IMG/VR virus record: IMGVR_UViG_3300032053_000039
Span: 13,436 to 77,435 of that record
Origin: a virus
Reading direction: 5' to 3' (one strand)
Length of the DNA stretch: 64,000 nt
Shown here: positions 55,112 to 64,000 of the stretch, in pieces
Layout of the letters: every line of letters begins with the position of its first letter
How positions within the stretch are numbered: the first letter of the stretch is position 1
The notes under the pieces: model-generated
The model's database searches: none
What the model saw: only the letters and a program-made list of their open reading frames with translations
What the model was told of the DNA's origin: nothing
Translations under genes and position numbers: made by a program

Positions 55112-57172
55112 TTGGCAGCACCTACTGTAGACAGCATGACTCCTCCGGAAGGTCCACCTGTATCAGGTCCTGGAAGTAAAACTCCTATGGATTCTCCTTT
55201 GGCTCCTCCGACTCCTTTGGGAGGATCTCCTGTAAAACCTATGGGTGCTCCTGGGGCTCCTACGAAAGATCAAGGATCTCCTTTAGAACCTTTAGATAAA
55301 GATACTTTTGATACACTTGTGGATGATATCTATTCTGCTATTGATGACGAAAAAATAAAATCAGAAAATGTTGAAGATGTACTGAATTACCTTTTAAACA
55401 ACTCATGGTCAGAAAAGAGAATTCGTCGTCTTTCTAAATATCTAAAATCATCAATCAAGAGTATGATTTTTTCTATTATAAAGCATATTAAGGAAGATGG
55501 GGTTAACGAAACCATCGATTTAATAAAAGAGAAGATAAAAGAGATAAATGGGGAAGAGGGAATACCTGAGGGAGCAGCTCCTCCCCCCGCAGGGGGGCCT
55601 GGGGGTCTTCCATCTTTAGGTCTCCCGCCGTTAGGGGCATCAGAGGATAGAAGTAACGAAAGGGAAATAACAGATGTAGATCTGGATATTATAAACAAAC
55701 GAGGTTTTAATATGGGCAAGATCATTGTTAAAGAAGGGGCTGTCGTTGACTCAGCCGAATACGCAAAAGAAATTATTAATAAAATATCATCAACTGCAAG
55801 AAAAGTCAAAACTAGCATGAAACAATTCGAAGATGTTAAACTTAAATATGCTGGTCTTCTTGCTCTTAAGCATGCTGTCGAGGGTGTTGATACAGCTGCG
55901 GGTGGTATGGGTGCAGGTATGGGTGCTGGCGTTGATGCTGGTATGCCTGCTATGGATGCTGGTCCTGTAGGTCCGGAAGAAGCATCAGGTGGAGTTTCTG
56001 CTGATCTTAAAGAAGATGTTAGCGAAGCTCTCGAAAAGCTTGATGATATCAAAGACGAGCTTGTTGAAGTAAAAGAACTTATGAAAGAAGACGTTGGTAA
56101 AGCCGAAGAAGCTATTGGCGAGGGCGAAGACGTTCTTGAGAAAGCAGATCTTGGTGGCCTTGAGTCAGATGAAGCAGACGAAGTTGAAGAAAAAGCAGCT
56201 GCTGCTCGTGAAATTGTAAAAGAAGCCAAGAAAAAACTAAAAGAAGATGTTTTTGCTATGGCTAACTTCTTTGATAAATTCAAAAAGAAAGACAAGAAGA
56301 AAGACGAGAAGAAAGAAGAAGACGAAGAAGACGATAAAGGTAAGAAGAAGGATGAGAAGAAGGATGAGAAGAAGGACGAGAAAGGTAAGAAAAAAGAAGA
56401 TAAAAAATCTTCTACTGATGTTGACTCCCTTCTTCGTAAAGTAAAAGCACGGATTGAAGAGCTTCGTTCAGAGAAAGAAGCCAATCTGTATCCTTTCAAA
56501 AAAGAAGTAAAACCAATAGCTAAAGTTGATAACATTAATGCGGAAACTGCAAAGAAACAAATCAGCACTGCTGATGGTGAGATTAAAAAACAGCCCGTAG
56601 CTGACAAAAAATACGAAAATATTAATCCAGAAGAAGCTTATGCTGACCTTTCTGTTTCTGAAGAAAAAGGAAGTAAGGGAGAAAAGAAAGTTTCTATGGA
56701 AGTTGCAGAAAGGGTTCGGAAACATAGTGTTCAGAATGCTGTAGATAAAGCTCGTCTTTCTGTAGAGCTTGCATCTCGTCAGCAGTTGAAAGGTATGATT
56801 GAAGATCCTCTTCGTGAAGCTCTTGCAAAGAACATGATAGAGTCTGGTGCTGATCCAGAACTTGCAGAAGTTATTATTCACAATGCTTATGTTGATGCAT
56901 ACGAAAACTCACATAAAGCTATTATGAAAGAAGCGTTTGAAACTTTCATGGAGAAAGATATTGATGAGTTCATCAAGATAGCAAAATTCGTTGATGATTA
57001 TGTAGTAAAAACAGGTTCAATTGGTTCTGTAGAGAACACAGAAGAAACCTTTAGAGATAAGGAAGCCAGTACTTCAGCACCTCTTCGTGGATTTAGTGCA
57101 GACAAAGATTCTCAAAAAGAGATGTTTAAGAACTATTGGCAAGACGTTGCCCGTAAAAGAGGCATCGTTTAG
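55112..57172 (+). CDS. Capsid scaffolding protein (putative)
   Basis: Pro-rich N-terminus, acidic coiled coil, K/D/E repeats; immediately upstream of the decoration and capsid genes. Confidence 0.7.
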   Translation: MAAPTVDSMTPPEGPPVSGPGSKTPMDSPLAPPTPLGGSPVKPMGAPGAPTKDQGSPLEPLDKDTFDTLVDDIYSAIDDEKIKSENVEDVLNYLLNNSWSEKRIRRLSKYLKSSIKSMIFSIIKHIKEDGVNETIDLIKEKIKEINGEEGIPEGAAPPPAGGPGGLPSLGLPPLGASEDRSNEREITDVDLDIINKRGFNMGKIIVKEGAVVDSAEYAKEIINKISSTARKVKTSMKQFEDVKLKYAGLLALKHAVEGVDTAAGGMGAGMGAGVDAGMPAMDAGPVGPEEASGGVSADLKEDVSEALEKLDDIKDELVEVKELMKEDVGKAEEAIGEGEDVLEKADLGGLESDEADEVEEKAAAAREIVKEAKKKLKEDVFAMANFFDKFKKKDKKKDEKKEEDEEDDKGKKKDEKKDEKKDEKGKKKEDKKSSTDVDSLLRKVKARIEELRSEKEANLYPFKKEVKPIAKVDNINAETAKKQISTADGEIKKQPVADKKYENINPEEAYADLSVSEEKGSKGEKKVSMEVAERVRKHSVQNAVDKARLSVELASRQQLKGMIEDPLREALAKNMIESGADPELAEVIIHNAYVDAYENSHKAIMKEAFETFMEKDIDEFIKIAKFVDDYVVKTGSIGSVENTEETFRDKEASTSAPLRGFSADKDSQKEMFKNYWQDVARKRGIV

Positions 57173-57204
57173 AAATAATCTATAATTTATATTAGGAGGA
57201 AACC

Positions 57205-57897
57205 ATGTCAACCTTACCAGATCTTGGCATGAACGGTCTCGTTAACTCCGTGCGAAAACTGACTGGCCTCAATAACCCTGGTTTTAGGGATGTTGATCCT
57301 GCAGCAGAATTCGTAGCTGGTTGTGTAGCGAAACTCGGACTTGATTCTAATGGCAATGTTGTTCTTAAGACTGCAGGCGCAGCTGATACTACAGCCCTTA
57401 TAGGTCTGTTTTATTGCCACAAAACTATCAGCTTCTACAAACCTGTAGTTGATGAAGAGCAGACTTTTAGCGTATCCCCGAATACGAGCACGATTCTTTA
57501 TTTGAATCATGCAAATGTGAAGGCAAACTCTGTCTATATCACAAGCGGTGGTCTTAAGGTAGCCTCAGGCTGGACTCTTACTGAAGTTAATGGCTATATT
57601 ACAAAAGGTTCAACTGGAACAGGAACTTGGAAAATCAGCTACTTGTATCAAGATCCTAATCTGGTTGGTATTGACCAAACTCTTGGTTCAGGGAAAGCTG
57701 CAACTATTGAGGATGCTGGTGAAGTTGCAACTCTTGTATATGATACATCTGTAGCATATGCTTTGAATGGCAATTTGTATGCTAACGCTTATGGTTACAT
57801 AACATCATATCCCGGTGGTGGTGGTTCGATTGTTGGTCGGTGTACTAAAGTTCCGACAGCAGCTGATCCAGAACTTCATTTTAAACTCAAAATATAA
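57205..57897 (+). CDS. Capsid decoration/stabilising protein (putative)
   Basis: G/T/A-rich beta protein before the MCP, strong AGGAGG RBS. Confidence 0.6.
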   Translation: MSTLPDLGMNGLVNSVRKLTGLNNPGFRDVDPAAEFVAGCVAKLGLDSNGNVVLKTAGAADTTALIGLFYCHKTISFYKPVVDEEQTFSVSPNTSTILYLNHANVKANSVYITSGGLKVASGWTLTEVNGYITKGSTGTGTWKISYLYQDPNLVGIDQTLGSGKAATIEDAGEVATLVYDTSVAYALNGNLYANAYGYITSYPGGGGSIVGRCTKVPTAADPELHFKLKI

Positions 57898-57914
57898 GGA
57901 GGAGGTAACTAACT

Positions 57915-59063
57915 ATGTGGGCAAATAACATGGAAAAGAAAGAAATTAAAAAAGTTGCCTCTACTCAAGACGAGAGGCTGCTTAACCCTAAAGCTTTTGG
58001 TGGAACAGATTCCAAAGGCCGTCAGGTACAATCGTCACAAGACATGTTCGACAGCAAAGGCCAAATCAATGCTTACGATCATGAAGATGTAATTAACCAA
58101 CAGCAAAAATTTGCTGGTCTTATGAGCCAGTATAAGAAAACCGGATCTTTTTATTCTCTTGCTGAGAAACAAAGGATTATGGAAGCTGCATTCGGTGGAA
58201 ACCAAGAAGAAAGAATGAGATTCGGAGCAGAAATGATTCCTCTTATTCTGGATAGATTGGACTATGAAGGTTTTATCCGTCAGGTGTTCAAAACTCATGA
58301 AGTTGCACAAGGACAGATAATTTCTTATGAGAAAGATATTAACGTAACTGCGCTTGTCATACAAGAAGATGGTCAGACAATCGAGACTGTTGTAAAAGGA
58401 AATCGTGTATTCCCTCCTGAATTCTGGGTAACTGCATTTCCTAAGATCAACATGGGCGAGATTGCAAAACGTCAGTATGACGTGGTAGATCGTACTCATG
58501 ATAAAGCTACGTTCCAGATCATGCTCCAAGAGGACAGAAATGGACTTCGTCAGCTGTATCAAGCATCGACTATTGAAAACAGCCAGATTAACATTACTTC
58601 TTCTCTGAATAAATCGGTTCTTGAAACTCTGCAACTCGAAGTTGAAAGACATCGTTTGATTGTAGATAAATTCATCATGAATCGTGCTGAACTGGGCGAT
58701 TTCAAAAAGAACATCAACAGCATGGATTACGATCCTATTACTTCTCGTGATATTCTGCTTACCGGCGTGTTTGCAAATATTTGGGGAGTAAACGTATTCG
58801 TATCTGCTGGTGTTGACGAAGCAGGTCTCCAGAACGTCAGCGTACCTCAGGGTGTTATTTTTGCTTGTACAGAGGGCCGGTATCTTGGAGCAATGCCGAT
58901 AAGGATCAGCCTTACTATGCTTCCTGCTGATCAGTTTATGTTTGGTAAATTCTCTTATGGATATTTATTCGGGGAGATGATTGGCCAGGCGGTGTTGAAT
59001 CCGAGAAGTTGTGCAGTTGGCATCAAGAGTACCGCAGTGGTTCCTTCTTGGTTAAGTGCATAA
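57915..59063 (+). CDS. Major capsid protein (HK97 fold)
   Basis: PLILDRLDYEGFIRQ, PEF..TAFPKI, I..QED, G....IWG..V, E.IG.AVLNP; AAGGAGGAGG RBS; biased codon usage; followed by a terminator. Confidence 0.88.
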   Translation: MWANNMEKKEIKKVASTQDERLLNPKAFGGTDSKGRQVQSSQDMFDSKGQINAYDHEDVINQQQKFAGLMSQYKKTGSFYSLAEKQRIMEAAFGGNQEERMRFGAEMIPLILDRLDYEGFIRQVFKTHEVAQGQIISYEKDINVTALVIQEDGQTIETVVKGNRVFPPEFWVTAFPKINMGEIAKRQYDVVDRTHDKATFQIMLQEDRNGLRQLYQASTIENSQINITSSLNKSVLETLQLEVERHRLIVDKFIMNRAELGDFKKNINSMDYDPITSRDILLTGVFANIWGVNVFVSAGVDEAGLQNVSVPQGVIFACTEGRYLGAMPIRISLTMLPADQFMFGKFSYGYLFGEMIGQAVLNPRSCAVGIKSTAVVPSWLSA

Positions 59064-59094
59064 TAAAATTTGTATATAACTAAAAGTTAGAAAG

Positions 59095-59123
59095 TACCCT
59101 CTTACATAAGAGGGTATTTTTTT
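59095..59123 (+). terminator. Intrinsic terminator after the MCP
   Basis: TACCCTCTT/AAGAGGGTA stem followed by T7. Confidence 0.85.
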
Positions 59124-59155
59124 ATATATTTAAAATAAATTTATTAATTTTTTAT

Positions 59156-59184
59156 TTGACTTATCTTATATTATTTATTATACT
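59156..59184 (+). promoter_or_regulatory. sigma70-like promoter for the endonuclease gene
   Basis: TTGACT-N17-TATACT. Confidence 0.65.
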
Positions 59185-59213
59185 TTACTCAAATAAACTA
59201 AGAGAAGATAAAT

Positions 59214-61184
59214 ATGAAAAATGAAATATTTTTGGATTATGAGAAAGGTCTTTCACTTCGGGAATTGAGTAGTAAGTATAAAATAAGTAGAAATTTAATT
59301 CGTTCTATTTTAATAGAAGAAGGATTAAATATAAGAGATTCTAGTGAATCTCTATCAAAGAAATTATCTAAAAAAGAAATACAGTTAATATTAAATTTTC
59401 ATAAAGAAAAAGTCTCCTATGAAGAAATTGCTAAAATATTATCTATAGGAAGAAATTTGGTAATAAAAACTCTTCGAAAAGAAGGGATAGATGCACAACC
59501 TGATGAGATATTTCAATTATTACAAAGGTATTCTAATAAAATTATAAACGATTTTAAATTTGGAAAAAGTACTAAAAGCATAGCTGAAGAGTATAACGTA
59601 AGTTCTAGTTCTATTAGAAGATTTTTAAAGAAAAGAGGTGTTATTGTAAAACAACAGAATCTTAATGATATAAAAGAAGAAGTAATAGACAAATACCAAA
59701 AAGGACGAACTATTACAGAGTTAGGAAAAGAATACAATGTAACAAAACAAGCTATAAGTATATTTCTAAAGAGACATGATATAGAATCCAGGAGAGCTCT
59801 AAGTGTTTTAGAGCCTCATAAAAAAGATATTATTGATAAATACCTAGAAGGGAATTCTTGTCAGATTATTGCAGATATATATAATTCCAATTCTTCTTCT
59901 ATATTAAATATATTGAAAGAAAATAATGTAGAAAGAAGATCTCCGGAAGAAAGTAAGAGAATTTATTCTTTAGATATAAATTTTTTTGATTCAATTGATT
60001 CTGAAGAAAAAGCATATTTTCTTGGATTTCTTTATGCAGATGGGAATGTATCAAGTACAAGCAATGCTATTAGACTAGAGCTTAAAAGTTCTGATAGAGA
60101 TATACTAGAAAAATTGAATGGAGCTATTAATAGTAATAACCCCTTACATGATAGCAACGGAATGTCTTGTTTACGTATTCATAGTAAACATATGAAAGAA
60201 TCAGTTATTAGATTAGGATTAGTTCCGAGAAAAACGCATATTCTTACTTTTCCTGAATGGCTTAATCCTCCATTATATTCTCATTTTATAAGAGGATATT
60301 TCGATGGTGATGGTTCTATCTCTCATAATTCTATTACAGATACGTATACATTTTCTTTAGCTGGTACTAAAGAATTTTTATCCAGGGTGCAGGAAATTTT
60401 AATTAAGGAATGTAATCTTAATAAAGTTTCTATTACTTCTGCAAAAACAATATCTATTTTGGCTTATGGAGGATCTAAACAATTATTAAGAATAAGGGAT
60501 TTTCTTTACAAAGATGCAACTATCTTTTTAGATAGAAAAAAAGATATTTTTGATAAGATTGTTGTTAAAGAAAATTATTTAGAAGATGAAAAGTTTAAAA
60601 ATGCCTTTGAACAATTTTCTACTAATAAAGAGATAGCTGAAAATCTGGATGTCTCTTATAAGACTGTCTATAGACGACTTAAAGATCTTGAAATGGAAAG
60701 AGGAAGGCGTGAAGTTATTCTTGATGAAAAGGAAGCTATTCGATTATACGTGGATGAAAAAATGACTGCAGGAGATATAGGAAAAATATTTGGTACATCA
60801 CATACCACGATTTTAAAGATCCTCAGACGAAATGGTGTAGATATTAGAGATAGCCACGGATCTTTGAAAATGGAAAGAGTTTTATATCCTCATAAGGAAG
60901 AAATTATTGATTTATACACAAGACAATTAAAATCCGCTCAACACATAGCTAATCAATTTAAGGTTAATCAAAATACTATTATTAAATTTTTGAATACTTT
61001 AAATATTCCGATGCGTGGGAGAAACGATACTACAAAAAGTGTACTAGATGGTAAAAAAGAGGAAGTCATTAAGCTTCTTAAAGAAAGTAAAAAAGTACAT
61101 GAAATTGCCAATCATTATAGTGTAACGGAAGCAGTTGTTAGAAAATTCTTTAAACGCTGGGGAATTTCTTCTCGTAGTTATTAA
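59214..61184 (+). CDS. Free-standing LAGLIDADG homing endonuclease with 5 N-terminal and 4 C-terminal HTH repeats
   Basis: AYFLGFLYADG and HFIRGYFDGDG; ~45-aa repeats of I..Y..G.S...IA..Y.VS...I...L...G..R. Confidence 0.85.
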   Translation: MKNEIFLDYEKGLSLRELSSKYKISRNLIRSILIEEGLNIRDSSESLSKKLSKKEIQLILNFHKEKVSYEEIAKILSIGRNLVIKTLRKEGIDAQPDEIFQLLQRYSNKIINDFKFGKSTKSIAEEYNVSSSSIRRFLKKRGVIVKQQNLNDIKEEVIDKYQKGRTITELGKEYNVTKQAISIFLKRHDIESRRALSVLEPHKKDIIDKYLEGNSCQIIADIYNSNSSSILNILKENNVERRSPEESKRIYSLDINFFDSIDSEEKAYFLGFLYADGNVSSTSNAIRLELKSSDRDILEKLNGAINSNNPLHDSNGMSCLRIHSKHMKESVIRLGLVPRKTHILTFPEWLNPPLYSHFIRGYFDGDGSISHNSITDTYTFSLAGTKEFLSRVQEILIKECNLNKVSITSAKTISILAYGGSKQLLRIRDFLYKDATIFLDRKKDIFDKIVVKENYLEDEKFKNAFEQFSTNKEIAENLDVSYKTVYRRLKDLEMERGRREVILDEKEAIRLYVDEKMTAGDIGKIFGTSHTTILKILRRNGVDIRDSHGSLKMERVLYPHKEEIIDLYTRQLKSAQHIANQFKVNQNTIIKFLNTLNIPMRGRNDTTKSVLDGKKEEVIKLLKESKKVHEIANHYSVTEAVVRKFFKRWGISSRSY

Positions 61185-61195
61185 ATTTATTCAGC

Positions 61196-61795
61196 TTATT
61201 TCTTTTCTATTAGTTTTAGTAGACCTGACTCTGATTTATCCGAAAGCATGATCTTATCAATCTTAGGTTCAAGTGTTTTCATTTTGGTTGAATGAAAATC
61301 AGCCATATCTTCTAATTGCTCAAATTGTTGAACAACCTCCTCACTTCCCATCCTAACTTTTTCAGATGCTATTTTCATTCTTCGAACCATAGATATGAGA
61401 TGTTCTCTCATATACTTATAGTTTTCGTAGGCTTCCTCGTAGGCCCTCAACTTCTCTTTAAGACTCTTATTAGATTCTTTAAGTTCACGAATATCGGATA
61501 TCTTTTCTCTAAGAATTTGTTTATACTTATTGGTTCTTTCTGCTAATTTATCAGATACCTTTTGGTTGAGCTCCTTGTCTTTTTCTTTTATATTTTTTCT
61601 ATGATTATCGTGGATTTCTTTGAGTTGATCTGTATATTTTTTATGTACAGTGTTTATAGCTTCAAAATGCTCTACATTAAGTTTATTTATAAGTTTTTCA
61701 AATTCTTTCTTATCTTCTATCTTCTGATTAATTTTTATTGCTTCTACATCAAATTCTAATTTTTTATTAAACATATGCAAATACTCCTTCTTCAT
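61196..61795 (-). CDS. hypothetical coiled-coil protein, counter-oriented
   Basis: Heptad-rich. The start is probably at about 61795 or 61777 (GGAG before ATG 61777), not 61951. Confidence 0.6.
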   Translation of the reverse strand: MKKEYLHMFNKKLEFDVEAIKINQKIEDKKEFEKLINKLNVEHFEAINTVHKKYTDQLKEIHDNHRKNIKEKDKELNQKVSDKLAERTNKYKQILREKISDIRELKESNKSLKEKLRAYEEAYENYKYMREHLISMVRRMKIASEKVRMGSEEVVQQFEQLEDMADFHSTKMKTLEPKIDKIMLSDKSESGLLKLIEKK

Positions 61796-61976
61796 ATAAT
61801 ATATATTATTGTTTTTACGACACATATCAAATTTCAAGTTATTTTCAGGGAATAAGGGTAAAATACTATAAATATATACAAATCTCTGACTTAAATTTAT
61901 GGCAATATGTCTTATTATTATAATAAGATGATATATGAATCTATATTTCAAATATTAAGATGAAGGAGATGAATGT

Positions 61977-62843
61977 ATGGATGATTTTAATTTGACCCCG
62001 GAACAGTCTAATAAGCTTAGTTCTCATTTGCAACAGAGGGCCACTGATGATTTTAATATTGATCTTGGTCCTCCAAAGATAGTTTCTTCTGATGGACCTA
62101 TACCGGCTCCTAAACCTTTAGTGGTTCCAGAGGAAATTTCTGAGTTTAAGAAGGATGATATCCGGAAAAGGATAGCAGACGTTGAAAAAGAGTATTATGG
62201 AGGAGTAGGTGTTTCCGCATCTTCTATAACAACAGCAACAAGTTATAAAGACGAATATGGAAATGATACCTACTATGTTAAGAATATATCTGACGGTCAT
62301 GTTACTATAAAGGATCCTGACCTGGTAGTACCGAAAGGAAAAGTTATGGATCTTCTTCAGTTTGCTGGTATGGAAGAACTTTTTTCTTGTAGGGATATGC
62401 GAGTAGCGATGTCTCCTACCAACAGAATGGGCTCTATGCTTAAACGATTAACCCAGCGAGAATACCTGGAGGAGATGGAAAAAGAACTTTCTATAAAGAA
62501 AAGAATAAATATAGTTCGTCAGCAAGAATCTTTAAGAAATGCTCAGAATGCTCAGAATGCTCAAAATCCTAATAACAGGAATCAATTTCAGAATAATCCT
62601 GTTCAAGAACAACAAGGTCCAAAGATACGGCCTTTGGTTCTAGGAAAAGTTGAGAAGTTGCGTTTGTCTTCTGATCCAGATCCAGACAATGCAAAATATG
62701 GTATAAACCCAGCTGAATTCATCCAGTGGGTTATGGGAGAGTTTCTTTCAGATGAGGAATTGGATTATCTTTTAGGAGATCCGGTTATCTCTAATAAGCA
62801 TGATATTAAAGCAGCTATTGTTGAAAAGAAAACTATAATGTAA
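61977..62843 (+). CDS. hypothetical structural-module protein
   Basis: AAGGAG RBS; YYVKNISDGHV motif. Confidence 0.65.
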   Translation: MDDFNLTPEQSNKLSSHLQQRATDDFNIDLGPPKIVSSDGPIPAPKPLVVPEEISEFKKDDIRKRIADVEKEYYGGVGVSASSITTATSYKDEYGNDTYYVKNISDGHVTIKDPDLVVPKGKVMDLLQFAGMEELFSCRDMRVAMSPTNRMGSMLKRLTQREYLEEMEKELSIKKRINIVRQQESLRNAQNAQNAQNPNNRNQFQNNPVQEQQGPKIRPLVLGKVEKLRLSSDPDPDNAKYGINPAEFIQWVMGEFLSDEELDYLLGDPVISNKHDIKAAIVEKKTIM

Positions 62844-62875
62844 TGAAATTTCATTTAGGATATAAATAAAAGATA

Positions 62876-63811
62876 ATGCTCAGATTAGTAGATGTAGTTT
62901 CGAGAACTTCCACAGGGGTTCAGTTTCGGACGCAGGAGATATCTGTGTCCGATTCTGTTCCTTATATTGTATACGATACCTCCACTGGAGCGACTTACTT
63001 ACAAGGGTTGATTGAAGATTATTATGGGTGGCGTTCTTTGACAACTCTTACATCAACAGGGGCAAGTGATGTTTACTTTTCTATAGACAACACGAATATT
63101 TATCCTTCTTATACAGACCCGCTTTTGAATTATTCTGTTCTGAAACCATCTCTTTTTAAAGTGATGAGTTATCAAGAATATGTTATTATACAGAATGTTC
63201 TTACACGACTTGATTTAGTAAGAAGACGATACCCTAATCCAGGGTTTGCTGTAGATACTACCAATAGTGTAGGTCAAAATGGTACGGTATCTTTTGCGGG
63301 TGGATTTGAAAAGAAACTTACCATAGGTGAGATAGGACAGATGATGGAAGGTACTATTGTTGAAATAAATGCATCATCTCCTATGACTTATTTCTGGCCT
63401 CAATACATGTCAAAAGACGCAGATCCTTTTACTAATCCTTATGGCATAGTTCAGGGAATACCTTATGACATGATCGAACTTATTATATTAGGAACTCTTA
63501 TACGGGCTCTGATGGCTATAGGAATACTTGAAGTTGATATAAGTTTTTCTGCATCTGAATCCGGATTACAGATAACATTTGATCGTGCTTCCCAGATAAA
63601 AGGATGGAGAGATACTTTAGTAACAGAATATAAAGAAACAAAATCTCAATTCAAATGGAATTACGCAAATCATGCAGGTGTGGGAATCGGGACTACTCCG
63701 TGGAGTGCCATGGGTCTGTGGGGTACATTGTTAAACAATGCTACTGCAGGAGGAAATCTCGCATATACAACTATTATGGGATTTGGGGCCAAAGGAAATG
63801 TTCCCCTCTAA
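62876..63811 (+). CDS. Putative head-tail adaptor/neck protein
   Basis: Position after the MCP; EIN..P...., ISFSASESGLQITFDR pattern. Confidence 0.5.
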   Translation: MLRLVDVVSRTSTGVQFRTQEISVSDSVPYIVYDTSTGATYLQGLIEDYYGWRSLTTLTSTGASDVYFSIDNTNIYPSYTDPLLNYSVLKPSLFKVMSYQEYVIIQNVLTRLDLVRRRYPNPGFAVDTTNSVGQNGTVSFAGGFEKKLTIGEIGQMMEGTIVEINASSPMTYFWPQYMSKDADPFTNPYGIVQGIPYDMIELIILGTLIRALMAIGILEVDISFSASESGLQITFDRASQIKGWRDTLVTEYKETKSQFKWNYANHAGVGIGTTPWSAMGLWGTLLNNATAGGNLAYTTIMGFGAKGNVPL

Positions 63812-63858
63812 TAAAGAGTAATATATAAAGTGAACAATAATTTTAAGGAGAAGTTCTT

Positions 63859-64000
63859 ATGAAAATTAACAGTAATACTATTAGTCTCGAGAAAGAAGAT
63901 CATGCTAAATTAGAAGAAATTGTTACTAAGATTGCTTCTGATAATAGCATAGAAAATGTGGAAGAAATCAATATTGTTCTTAGTCAAGAGAGCGGTCTTG
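63859..64000 (+). CDS. hypothetical protein, partial
   Basis: AAGGAG RBS; MKINSNTISLEKEDHAKLEEIVTKIASDN..., open to the window end. Confidence 0.6.
   Translation, partial: MKINSNTISLEKEDHAKLEEIVTKIASDNSIENVEEINIVLSQESGL

Noticed and set aside
55387-56607. 406-aa antisense ORF
   Set aside because: S/F-rich mirror of the low-complexity E/K/D scaffold codons; no independent coding signal
58035-58652. 205-aa antisense ORF over the MCP, and the other short opposite-strand or off-frame ORFs in the track
   Set aside because: Fully nested in well-supported genes; explained by codon bias
61796-61951. N-terminal extension of the 251-aa ORF
   Set aside because: AT-rich, looks like the divergent intergenic promoter region; the RBS supports a later start
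62538-62564. AATGCTCAG x3 (NAQ) and the K/D/E codon repeats at about 56280-56400
   Set aside because: Ordinary coding low-complexity repeats
1-64000. Genome-wide stop-codon reassignment
   Set aside because: Long genes are uninterrupted in code 11, Trp is TGG, and TGA and TAG terminate genes, including many ATGA overlaps

Overview
A 64-kb segment of a large, AT-rich tailed dsDNA phage genome (probably jumbo-sized). It has two divergent arms that meet at about 37.4-38.0 kb. The minus-strand arm (1-37.5 kb) encodes replication, recombination and nucleotide functions: primase (partial, intein in its zinc finger), DnaC-like loader, PD-(D/E)XK nuclease, RecA, a UDG-family A DNA polymerase fusion with an intein, RuvC, SSB, a UvsY-like protein, NrdJ with two inteins, SbcCD and an iteron-containing initiator. 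It also carries sugar-nucleotide genes (RfbB, PMI-type cupin, Maf/DUF115), a MuF-like/nucleotidyltransferase/pseudo-phosphatase operon and many small accessory ORFs. The plus-strand arm (38-64 kb) is the head module: large orphan proteins, portal (intein), prohead protease, scaffold, decoration protein, major capsid protein, a free-standing LAGLIDADG endonuclease with nine HTH repeats, and neck genes. The most striking unexplained structure is the replication-control locus at 35.6-37.65 kb. There a c4/CI-like GNRA-capped attenuator RNA is followed by an unannotated truncated copy of the initiator's winged-helix region, then the full initiator with four 23-bp iterons, then a paralog of its C-terminal domain. 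All calls come from manual motif reading; no database searches were run. No tRNA, rRNA or CRISPR array was found.
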